A stretch of 64,000 nucleotides of DNA from Heptranchias perlo (lineage: Eukaryota): the NCBI RefSeq assembly GCF_035084215.1, contig NC_090333.1:36766001-36830000 (forward strand), given 5' to 3'. The translations under genes and the position numbers were made by a program. This document shows positions 11,780-23,131 of the stretch, piece after piece. Numbering within the stretch: position 1 is the stretch's first letter; every line of letters begins with the position of its first letter. The notes beneath the pieces were generated by a model, which was not told where the DNA came from, made no database searches, and was given only the letters and a program-made list of their open reading frames with translations.

Positions 11780-14688
11780 CTAATTGCCCTTGAGAAGGTG
11801 GTGGTGAGCTGTCTTCTTGAACCGCTGCAATCCATGTGGTGAAGGTTCTCCCACAGTGCTGTTAGGAAGGGAGTTCCAGGATTTTGACCCAGTGATGATG
11901 AAGGAACGGCGATATATTTCCAAGTCAGGATGGTGTGTGACTTGGAGGAGAATGTGCAGGTGGTGTTGTTCCCATGTGCCTGCTGCCCTTGTCCTTTTAG
12001 GTGATAGAGGTTGCAGGTTTGGGAGGTGCTGTCGAAGAAGCCTTGGCGAGTTGCTGCAGTGCATCCTGTGGATGGTACACACTGTGCGCCGGTGGTGAAG
12101 GGAGTGAATATTTAGGGTGGTGGATGGGGTGCCAATCAAGCTGGCTGCTTTGTCCTGGATGGTGTCGAGCTTCTTGAGTGTTGTTGGAGCTGCACTCATC
12201 CAGGCAAGTGGAAAGTATTCCATCACACTCCTGACTTGTGCCTTGTAGATGGTGGAAAGGCTTTGGGGAGTCAGGAGGTGAGTCACTGACCGCAGAATAC
12301 CCAGCCTCTGACCTGCTCTTTTAGTCACAGTATTTATGTGGCTGGTCCAGTTAAGTTTCTGGTCAATGGTGACCCCCAGGATGTTGATGGTGGGGGGTTT
12401 GGTGATGGTAATGCCGTTGAATGTCAAGGGGAGGTGGTTAGACTCTCTCTTGTTGGACATGGTCATTGCCTGGCACTTATCAGGCATGAAAGTTACTTTC
12501 CACTTAGCAGGCCAAGCCTGGATGTTGTCCAGGTCTTGCTGCATGCGGGCATGGAATGCTTCATTATCTGAGGGGTTGTGCATGGAACTGAACACTGTGC
12601 AGTCATCAGCGAACATCCCCATTTCTGAACTTATGATGGAGGGAAGGTCATTGATGAAGCAGCTGAAGATGGTTGGGCCTAGGACTCTGCCCTGAGGAAC
12701 TCCTGCAGCAATGCCCTGGGGCTGAGATGATTGGCCTCCAACAACCAGTATCATCTTCACTTGTGCTAGGTATGACTCCAGCCACTGGAGAGTTTTCCCC
12801 CTGATTCCCATTGACTTCAATTTTACTAGGGCTCCTTGGTGCCACACTCTGTCAAATGCTGCCTTGATGTCAAGGGCAGTCACTCTCACCTCACCTCTGG
12901 AATTCAGCTCTTTTGTCCATGTTTGGACCAAGGCTGTAATGAGGTCTGGAGCTGGGTGGTCCTGGCAGAACCCAAACTGAGCATCGGTGAGCAGGTTATT
13001 GGTGAGTAAGTGCTGCTTGATACCACTGTCAACGACACCTTCCATTACTTTGCTGATGATTGAGAGTAGACTGATGGGGCGGTAATTGGCCGGATTAGAT
13101 TTGTCCTGCTTTTTGTGAACAGGACATAGCTGGGCAATTTTCCACTTTGTTGGGTAGATGCCAGTGTTGTAGCTGTACTGGGACAGTTTGGCTAGAGGCG
13201 CGGCTAGTTCTGAAGCACAAGTCTTCAGCGCTACGGCCGTGATGTTGTCAGGGCCCATAGCCTTTGTTGTATCCAGTGCACTCAGCAGTGTCTTGATATC
13301 AAATGGAGTGAATCGATTTGGTTGAAGACTGGCTTCTGTGATGGTGGGAATATTGGGAGGAGGCCGAGATTGATCATCTACTCGGCACTTCTGGCTGAAG
13401 ATGGTTGCAAACGCTTCAGCCTTGTCTTTTGCACTCACGTGCTGGATTCTGCCATCATTGAGGATGGGGATGTTCACGGAGCCTCCTCCTTGCGTTAGTA
13501 TTTAATTGTCCACCACCATTCACGACTGGGTGTGGCAGGACTGCACAGCTTTGATCTGATCCATTGGTTGTGGAATCGCTTAGCTCTGTCTATATCATGC
13601 TGATTCTGCTGTTTATCATGCATGTAGTCCTGTGTTGTAGCTTCACCAGGTTGGCACCTCATTTTTAGGTACGCCTGGTACAGTTCCTGGCATGCTCTTC
13701 TACACTCCTCATTGAACCAGGGTTGATCCCCTGGCTTGTTGGTAATGGTAGAGTGACGAATATGCCAGGCCATTAGGTTACAGATTGTACTGGAATACAA
13801 TTCTGTTGCTGCTGATGGCCCACAGCACCTCATGGATGCCCAGTTTGAGCTGCTAGATCTGTTCCGAATCTATCCCATTTAGCACGGTGGTAGTGCCACA
13901 CAATACATGGTGTCCTCAATGTGAAGGCAGGACTTCATCTCCACAAGGATTGTGCGGTGGTCACTCCTACCAATACTGTCATGGACAGATGCATCTGCAA
14001 CAAGGTCAAGTAAGTTTTTCCTTCGTGTTCGTTCGCTCACCACCTGCCGCAGGCCCAATCTGGCAGCTATGTCCTTCAGGACTCTGCCAGCTCGGTCAGT
14101 TGTGGTGCTACCGAGCCACTCTTGGTGATGGACATTGAAGTTCCCCACCCAGAGTACATTCTGTGCCCTTGCTACCCTCAGTGCTTCCTCCAAGTGGTGC
14201 TCAACATGGAGGAGGACTGATTCATCAGTTGAGGGTGGGCGGGTGGTGGTAATCAGCAGGAGGTTTCCTTGCCCAGGTTTGACCTGATGCCTTGAGTTTT
14301 CATAGGGTCCAGAGTCAATGTTGAGGACTCCCAGGGCCACTCCCTCCTGACTGTATATGACTGTACTACCACCTCTGATGGGTCTGTCCTACCGGTGGGA
14401 CAGGACATACCCAAGGATAGTGATAGGAGAGTCTGAGACGTTGGCTGAAAGGTATGATTCTGTGAGTAAGGCTATGTCAGGCTGTTGCTTGACTAGTCTG
14501 TGGGACAGCTCTCCCAATTTTGGCACAAGTCCCCAGATGTTAGTGAGGAGGACTTTGCAGGGTCGACTGGGCTTGGTTTGCCTTTGTCGTGTCTGGTGCC
14601 CAGTGGTCCGATGCAGGGTGGTCCGTCCGGTTTTATTCTTATGATTTTTGTAGCGAGATTGTACAACTGAGTGGCTTGCTAGGCCATT
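11780..14688 (-). pseudogene. EN-RT polyprotein of the tRNA-headed LINE (one nonsense codon at 14389-14391 plus frameshifts)
   Basis: EN motifs LLTNIWGL, PDIALLTESYL, GNFNVHH, SDH. RT motifs NYRPISLLS, LDIKAAFDRV, GVPQGRVLGP, MFADD. The 565-aa RT part is open over 11780-13477. Confidence 0.9.
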
Positions 14689-14904
14689 TCAGAGGGCAAT
14701 TAAGAATCAACCATATTGCTGTGGGTCTGGAGTCACATTTAGGCCAGACCGGGTAAGGATGGCAGGTTTCCTTCCCTAAAGGACATTAGTGAACCAGATG
14801 AGTTTATACGACAATTCGATAAAAATTTCATGGCCACCATTACTGATGCTAGTGTTTACTTTTAACTTAATTAATTGAATTTAAATTCCCCAGCTGCCAT
14901 GGCA

Positions 14905-14958
14905 GGATTTGAACGCATAACTCCAGACTATTAGTCCAGTAACATAACCACTATGCTA
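14905..14958 (-). promoter_or_regulatory. Internal RNA Pol III type-2 promoter (A and B boxes)
   Basis: A box TAGCATAGTGG (14958-14948) and B box GTTCAAATCC (14914-14905), with tRNA-like spacing near the element's 5' end. Confidence 0.75.
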
Positions 14959-16084
14959 CCATACCCAGTGCAAAGGAGAGTCTTTAGACTAAAGCTAGCA
15001 GCAAAATTCCTGACAGAATGTCCACAGTATCAAACAGTTCAACATGCAGGCTAGTAACACCTTTAAATAGTGCTTAACAAACCATAAAAAAAATCATGCC
15101 AAGTCTGTGCTTTAATGTGGGTTCATCATGTTGAGAATATTGGAAAGTTGGTGTATAGGAACAGGAAACCATGCTCATTTTCACCTCCTTAATCCATGCC
15201 GTGGCTCTCCACACTCCAGCCACTCGCCCTCACTGGTTTCTCCCAGCACCATCACAGCCTCAACTGTACGTGTTTTAGCCTCTCACCATGCCCAAAAGCT
15301 TCACTTTCTTCAATCCTCCGTGCTACGGCCATCCATCTGCACGGTTCCTTCCAGTGCCATCACAGACCAAAGTAAAATAAGTTAAAGCAATTGGATATTC
15401 AAATAAATTCAGGGTAGCCTTCATTTTTAACTTTTGAGACAGATTATTCTTTGTTATGATGTAAAAACAAAAAAAATGTTGATTGTTTTTGTATTTATTA
15501 TGATGATGTAGCCAGTGTAACAATCAAGTTCTAAGGGGAAACAATAATCGCATCCTGCCAGCACTAAATATCATAATGTAATTAGTTTTATAAGCAGAGT
15601 AGGCTTAACATAAACTGGCAATATACCAGTATATTGAGAGAACATTCTGAATTAAAGAAATCTTCTGCAGTTTAATATTTCTCTAATTCTACACTAGAAC
15701 ATAAGCTATTTATATCTTGGTCTTCAATCCCAACTGCACTCTGCAGGAGATTGACTATAATATATTAAATTTGCTATGTATCTTTAATACTCCCTATCTT
15801 GGCATTACTATTCTGTCACAGAAGTCACTCCTACAGCTACATGAAGCTATCTACCACTACATGAAGCTTCATAAACTCCAGATCCCCTTTCCTTTACCTA
15901 CAGTACCACTGTGCACATAGCTTCATTGCTCCAGCACATCACCAACATTCCCAACCTTCCTCCTGGTAACCGTAATTTTGGAACAACTTACCATTTTCTT
16001 TATCCCTTACTTCAGTTTCCCCCTTTTCTATGTTTAAAGTAAACGATTCATGAAACTTTAAGTGTTTTTCTTGCTGAAAGATTA

Positions 16085-17829
16085 ATTCGGCAGGCTCAAC
16101 ATAATTAATGTAAGCAAATTAACAGTAATAAAGGAAATACTGGCACAAAAGAGTGACAAATCCCCAGGACCAGATGGTTTCCATCCCAGGGTTTTAAAGG
16201 AAGTAGGTGTGAACATTGCAGATGCCCTAACTATAATCTTCCAAAGTTCTCTCAATTCAGCAACTGTTTCTTTAAATTTGAATTTTTTTTTTAATTTGTT
16301 CATGGGATGTGGGCGTCACTGGCAAAGCCAGCATATGTTGCCCATTCTTAATTGCCCTTGAAAAGGTGGTGGTGAGCCGCCTTCTTGAACCGCTGCAGTC
16401 CGTGTAGTATTGTATATATCATGCTGCGATTTAAGAAAGGTTAGATAGGGAAACCAGGGAATTATAGACCAGTTAGCCTAACATCTGTTGTTGGAAAATT
16501 ACTAGAGTCTATAATTAAGGATAGAGTGACTGAATACCTTGAAAATTTTCCACTGATCAGAGAGAGCCAGCATGGATTTGTAATGGGTAGGTCATGCCTG
16601 ATGAACCTGACTGAATTTTTTGAAGAGGTGACTAAAGTAGTGGACAAGGGAATGTCTATGGATGTTGTTTATATGGACTTCCAGAAGGCATTCGATAAAG
16701 TCCCTCATAAGAGACTGTTAGCTAAAGTTGAAGCTGAGGGCAAATTATTGACCTGGTTAGGAAATTGGCTGAGTGGCAGGAGACAGAGAATAGGGATAAT
16801 GGGCAGGTAGTCAAATTGGCAGGATGTAACTAGTGGTGTCCCACAGGGATCTGTGTTGGGGCCCCAACTATTCACTGTATTTATTAACAACTTAAATGAC
16901 AGGATACAGAGCTACACATCCAAGTTTGCTGATGACACAAAGATAGGCAGCTTTGTAAGAAGTGTAGATGGAAGCATAAAGTTACAGAGAGATATTACTA
17001 GGTTAAGTGAATGGGAAAAACTGTGGCAAATGGATTTCAATGCAGGCAAGCGTGAGGTCATCCAATTTGGACCTAAAAAGGATAGATCAGAGTACTTTCT
17101 AAATGGTGAAAACACGAAACAGTGGAGGTCCAAAGCGACTTAGGGGTCCATGTACATAGATCATTAAAATGTCATGGACAGGTACAGAAAATAATCAAAA
17201 AAGCTAATGGATTGCTGGCCTTGTATCCAGAGGACTAGAATACAAGGGGGTAGAAGTTATGCTACAACTACACAAAGCCCTGGTTAGACCACATCTAGAG
17301 TACTGTGTTCAGTTCTGGGCATCACACCTTAGGAAGGATGTATTGGCCTTGCAGGGAGTGCAGCATATATTTACTGGAATGATACCTGGACTCCAAGGGT
17401 TAAATTATGAGGAGAGATTACACAAACTAGGGTTGTATTCCCTGGAATTTAAAAGATTAAGGGATGATTGGATTGAAATTTTCAAGATATTAAGGGGAAC
17501 TGATAGGGTAGAGAGAGAGAAACTATTTCCGTTTGTTGGAGAGTCTAGGACTAGGGGAATTAGAGCCACGACTTTTGGGAGTGAAGTGGGAAAACACTTC
17601 TGCACGCAAAGGGTGGTAGAAGTTTGGAACTGTCTTCCGCAAATGGTAGTTGAAGCTAGCTCAATTGTTAATTTTAAATCTGAGATTGATAGTAACTTTG
17701 GTTAACAAAAATCTAAGGAATATGTGGCTAAGGTGGGGATATGGAGTTAGATCACAGATCAACCATGATCTCACTGAATGGCGGTACAGACTTGAGGGGC
17801 TAAATGGCCTATTCCTGTTCCTATGTTCC
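16085..17829 (+). mobile_element. CR1 LINE RT and 3' end (5'-truncated), interrupted near 16270-16430
   Basis: DKSPGPDGFHPRVLKE, YMDFQKAFDKVPH, SKFADD and LVRPHLEYCVQFW, with tail ctgttcctatgttcc. Same family as 31262-33892. Confidence 0.9.
16284..16405 (-). mobile_element. 3' tail fragment of the tRNA-headed LINE family nested in a CR1
   Basis: Near-identical to 11715-11835, including the T-run (poly-A on minus). Confidence 0.85.
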
Positions 17830-17912
17830 CACCACCTCCCCCAGCCTCATGGGGCCCATTTCCCTCCCTCCAGGGCTTCCTGCTGCTCCTGAATGCCTTT
17901 TAAAATGCTTTT

Positions 17913-18481
17913 CCTGCCACAATGCCTTTCCACCATCTACAAGGCACAAGTCAGGAGTTTGATGGAATACTCTCCACTTGCCTGGATGAGTGCAGCTCTA
18001 ACAACACTCAAGAAGCTCAACACCATCCAGGACAAAGCAGCCCGCTTGATTGGCACCCCCATCCACCACCCTAAACATTCACTCCCTTCACCACCGGCGC
18101 ACTGTGACTGCAGTGTGTACCATCCACAGGATGCACTCCAGCAACTCGCCAAGGCTTCTTCGACAGCACCTCCCAAACCCGCGACCTCTACCACCTAAAA
18201 GGACAAGAGCAGCAGGTACATGGGAAAAACACCACCTGCACATTCCCCTCCAAGTCACACACCATCCCGGCTTGAAAATATATCGTCCTTCCTTCATCGT
18301 CGCTGGGTCAAAATCCTGGAACTCCCTTCCTAACAGCACTGTGGGAGAACCTTCACCACACAGACTGCAGCAGTCCAAGAAGGCGGCTCACCACCACCTT
18401 CTCGAGGGCAATTAGGGATGGGCAATAAATGCTGGCTTTGCTAGTGACGCCCACATCCCTTGAACGAATAAATAAAAAAAA
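17913..18481 (+). mobile_element. 5'-truncated copy of the tRNA-headed LINE family
   Basis: TIYKAQVRSLMEYSPLAWMSAA..HHHLLEGN* followed by the same tail and an A-rich end. Confidence 0.9.
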
Positions 18482-19884
18482 CAATTAGCCGTTTGAAGCT
18501 ATTTTGACTGTTTTGGCAAACTTATAGGTTTTCTCTCTTTAGACACTGATTCTGTAGACTTCGCCTCACACCTGCAGCTGCACACTTTTGCCACTTGTTT
18601 GAGTTTAATACACTCCAGAAGCTGCAGATCTCCATACTTATACCTAAACCATCACTAATGCAGTGAGGGAACGTGTTTTGTTCTGACTTTCCATGGGTAA
18701 TGCCATGGAAAATCCATTAACGCATACTTATTTACACTCCAATAGAGTTCATCGTACACAAGTGGTGCTATATTCCAAAAGAAATTATACACTTGAATGC
18801 AATGCATGTAATTGGTGTTAATTATACCTGAGTAGCCAGCCGCACGAAATTGGTGACCAATATGTCAATAGTAAAATCAGTATTTAGATTTCTGGTCATA
18901 CCTGATGAATTACATTTTTATAATAATTTATAGTATACTACCTGTATTATTTTGCAGTGATCAACAGTAGCCAATGATTCAATAAACGTGCAGCAATAAC
19001 ATCACAATCATTGTGCAATTGCGATCATAATTCAACAAGGTCTGCACTGACCACTGACTTCCACCATGGGACCCAGCAACAAAATAGCCTCAAAAGGATA
19101 CAAAATGAAACAGAATCTCTACTGTAAACTGCATACTTCATATATTATTAGAAAAACATAGAAATATACAGGATTAATCTCAAAACAATAAAAACAACTC
19201 AGTTCAGATGATATACAGCTCATGTTCCTCTCTAGCAGTTTATTGCATCATTGGAACAACTTGTCACCTAGTTACCAAGTGTTCATTATTCTCTATACAA
19301 TCTACCTTAATTTTATTACAATGAAGTATCAACTGTTGATCGTCATTCTGTAACCTTTTAGTGATTACGTTGCAATCATTACCTTCTACATGGATGTCAT
19401 CAAGCACACTGTCACAACAGCTACTATTAACAATATAAGATACCAAAGATAATCAAAATTAAAACAACCCTATCAACCTCATCCAACTTTCCATACAAAT
19501 AAATATAAAACTCCTGTGTTTAGCACATGTTCATTGCACATGCAGAATTGTATTGCACAAAAAATGCCAATTGGCTTAAATTTCCCAGAAAGCCATCAAA
19601 AAACACAAACGCTTTCTTCACTATCCGAGTCTATCTTGTGCAAACTTCTTCCCAGAATGTTGCATCTTCACTCGCCCCAATAGATGCCACTATGAATAGA
19701 ACTTATAACAAAAAAAATCACAAAAATTAAACAAGTCTCAAACAAAGCAATAAACTACACACATACTTACCCAATTCATCTTAAAAATTATTCCAAACCA
19801 TTATTTATTTATTTATTTCATGACTTAAACAGTCACTTATTTCACGACTCTTCGGTAGAACCATCAAGGGAGAGGGAGGAGGAA

Positions 19885-20348
19885 CCATGTTTACCAGGGA
19901 TGAAAGACTTCAGTTATGTGGAGAGACAAGAGAAACTGGAGTTGTTCTCCTTAGAGCAGAGAAGGTTAAGGGGAGATTTGATAGAGGTGTTCAAAATCAT
20001 GAGGGGTTTTGATGGAGTTAAATAGGGAGAAACTGTTTCCATTGACAGAAGGGTCGGTAACCAGAGGACACGGATTTAAGGTAATTGTCAAAAGAACCAG
20101 AGGCAACATGAGGAAACATTTTTTTACATAGTGAGTTGTGATCTGGAATGCACTGCCTGAAAGGGTGGTGGAAGCAGATTCAATAGTAACTTTCAAAAGG
20201 GAATTAGATAAATACTTGAAGGGAAAAAATTTGCAGGGCTATGGGGAAAAAGCAAGGAAGTGCAACTAATTCGATAGCTCTTTCAAAGAGTCGGCACAGG
20301 CACGATGGGCTGAATGGCCTTCTTCTGTGCTGTATCATTCTACGATTA
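19885..20348 (+). mobile_element. CR1 LINE 3' end
   Basis: LEQRRLRGDLIEVFKIMRG..TRGHGFKV; same family as the 29664-30100 region and 62810-63347. Confidence 0.85.
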
Positions 20349-21051
20349 CCCCCTCTTCCACAGGCTTGCCCCTCTCTTCTGCGTAGGCATGCCGGTTCTG
20401 CTTCTCACTGCTCTTTATCTCTGAATCTACTGAGATTGTGACAAAAGATGGAATCAGTGTACGTATCCCGAGGCACAAAGGGATGAAAAAGACAGATTTT
20501 CCTCAGCAACAGCTTTGCCACCAGAACTCAGGTGGGCTGGCTATCCGCCCAAACCTACTGACCTAGCATTGAACTTGGTGAATTTCCCAGGGTCAGCATC
20601 ATTTCCAGAGAGGCCTTGGACCCCTGCAGTGGCAGAGCAGGGCAGGTGACCTGTGAAGCAGTACAAGGATAGGGGTGTTTTGACGCTCAAGTTTAAATCT
20701 TGCGGAGGGAGAATTTAAATTTTAAATAAGCCTTGTGCCGCCTGAGCAATGCTGGACTTCAGTAGAGTGCAACATTGCTACAGTGATATTGATTAAAGTG
20801 ATGTATGATATCACTCTGTCATTAGCATCTATTTTGAATATGCCCACTCATATTTGGACAGGCATGTACAATGTCCATTGTCATTTCCACCAGAAAACCC
20901 TGGAAGTTGCAGCGATTGACAGGGAGCTAACGGAAGTGCTCCAGAATCAATTTCCAGCCCCTGCTCGCCCCAGTACCGCCCACAATCAGGCAGGAACAAT
21001 GAGGAAAATCCAGGTAAATATGAAGGTGCAGAAGAAAAATGAAATAAACAA

Positions 21052-21755
21052 GGGCCCGGAAATTGCGCTAAGCGGTGAACGAACCTCGCCAGCCGAAGGT
21101 TAGTTATAAATTCACCCACAAACCATTCATGGGCTTCTGGGCTCCAATTTGCTTCAATGGTGAGCTGTGAGAATGGGGAAGGATTGGTCTCTCCCCTCAA
21201 CCAATCAGCTTGAAGCATCCTTCACAAGCTGCGCAGTCTGACCCAGGAAGTGAAAGCTACAACAGTGAATTGAAAAGTAAAATCAGTTAGAAAAAGTGAA
21301 ATAAAGAGAGGGAAAGATTAAAAGACAGAGATAAAAGAGACAGAAAGAAAAAGTAAAAAAATTAAAATGTTAATTTTTTTTAAGTGTCCAGGAACAATTA
21401 ATATCAGGAGGAATGAGACTCCACATTTTTAAAAGTTAATTTTCAGAGAGGTTGTTTGGCAGTCATTAATACATACCACGCTGTTAAAAGTTAGTTTAGA
21501 CCTGATATAATCAGCGTATCTTTTATCTGGAGAGATTAGTTAGTTTGCAGCTGGGCAGGGGAGCAAGGTCACGCTGGTCCATTCATTCCAGCCGGCTAGA
21601 TCTCCTTACCGCGAAGCTTTCAGAGAAGCAGGGAATCAGATAGAACAATTTCTGGATTTTGCATGTCCGCTCTCCAGAACTTACTCTTCCATTTTCCCTG
21701 AAATAACAGTGAGCGCTATTCGACTCGCCGTTATTTTATGAGCAATTTCTGGGCC
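21052..21755. mobile_element. Harbinger-type MITE (about 700 bp)
   Basis: TIRs gggcccggaaattgc / gcaatttctgggcc. Internal sequence matches 39087-39777 in the opposite orientation. Confidence 0.8.
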
Positions 21756-21884
21756 AACAAGTTTTCAGTCAAATGAAAAAATGCAGAAGTCCTTGCCATA
21801 TAACTCCTTCAATACCACAGTCTAAATTCTGCCAAATTCTCCCACACCCTAATGCACCAAAGTTATGCCATAACAGTCATCACC

Positions 21885-22360
21885 CTCTGGAACAGACTAC
21901 TGAAACATGTAGTAGATATGGATTTGCTGCAGTCCTTTAAAAGGGAACTTGATAAGTTCCTGAGTGGAGAAGACATTTCCACTTATAGCGGGTAAGCTCA
22001 TATTTAGCTGGGGTTGTGAGGAGTTGTGGGCTTTCTCACTCTCCTGGTTCTTTTGCTTGACTGCTTTAAGGATCTGGGCAAGTTCCTGAGAGATTGCATT
22101 TTCAGTTATACAGTAAATTGAAGGTTAGCTGGGATTAGAATAATTTATGGATTACCACGGTCTCTTGGAGATTTGCTTAATTGCCTTGGAGCTGAAGAGG
22201 CATTTCCCAATGTTTTCCCTGAATTGACAGCAGTTTTTTTCCTCTCCCAAGAGACTGCATGGCTGTGGATCGATGAATGGTGTACGTGGTTGCACCATGT
22301 CTGGCTAAGGTGGGCTTGATGGGCAGACAATCTTTTCCTATCCCTTTTATATGTTCATGT
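21885..22360 (+). mobile_element. Old CR1 3' end
   Basis: tggaacagactac..tttaaaagggaacttgataagttcctg, followed by a CR1-like 3' UTR ending tatgttcatgt. Confidence 0.55.
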
Positions 22361-22439
22361 GTAATACAAGGATTTGTTTTGTATCACAGATTAGTAAATC
22401 ATAACTAAATCTACCAGTCACCAACCCTATATTCCCAGC

Positions 22440-22735
22440 TGGGACAGAGGGACAAAACACAAATACATACATAAACATGGACAGAGAAAGAGAACCACAG
22501 ATAAACATCGTGACAGAGAGAGAGAGAGCCACAGATGTACACAGAGAAAGTGAAGGCCACAGAGAAAGAATAAAGGCACCACAATATACACACAAACAGT
22601 GAGAAGCATAGAGAGGAAAACTATAGATACACACAGGGCATGAAAAAACATGGCTATACACATGACAAAAAGAGAGAGAACCAAAGATACACAGAAAACA
22701 ACAGACAGAAAGAAAGAGGCAGGCAGAGACAAAAA
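22440..22735. repeat. GA/CA-rich low-complexity tract
   Basis: Runs of acagag/agagag/acacac. Confidence 0.8.
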
Positions 22736-23131
22736 GTGTTTCTGGTCATTTGCTATCAAGCATGGACATGTCATTTGAGCAACCCATGTGAGGGCAGACT
22801 TGGGAAATATAAAAATGAAGCAATTTTGCTCAACAGCTTCAGGGTTTTGATCCAGTGTAATCAGGGATGTCCTCCCCTGCATAATAAAAAAAGTGCCGGG
22901 TGATAAAAATGAATTCACTGAGATATTATTTATATGTATGTGATTGTAGTTTTGATCTTGTAAGATGCGTTTTTTTTCCTTGTTGTTTGTGTAACTGAAG
23001 TTAGTTGTAATTTAAACCTTAATTCGCAATGTGGGACTTCAAGGAATATTAATTCTGTGATACAAGAGTGTGCATTTATAAACTGCATTTACATTGCACA
23101 AGACTAGTTAGTGTCACCATCTTCTTGAAGT

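Larger units (their letters stand above)
11715..14971 (-). mobile_element. Apparently full-length single-ORF non-LTR retrotransposon (APE endonuclease + RT) with a tRNA-derived SINE-like 5' head
   Basis: Poly(A) tail at 11715-11723; probable TSD aaagagag (11707-11714) / aaaggagag (14972-14980); A/B boxes at the 5' end; EN-RT frame; 3' tail gggcaattagggatgggcaataaatgctggccttgccag shared with other copies in the window. Confidence 0.88.

Noticed and set aside
11817-14644. Plus-strand ORFs overlapping the LINE
   Set aside because: Antisense shadow ORFs of EN-RT with no recognisable domains.
14900-14971. Functional tRNA gene
   Set aside because: A/B boxes are present but no complete cloverleaf is evident, and it is continuous with the retroelement body.
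22347-22918. Hydrophobic Cys/Ser/Leu-rich ORFs
   Set aside because: Translation of the GA/CA low-complexity tract.
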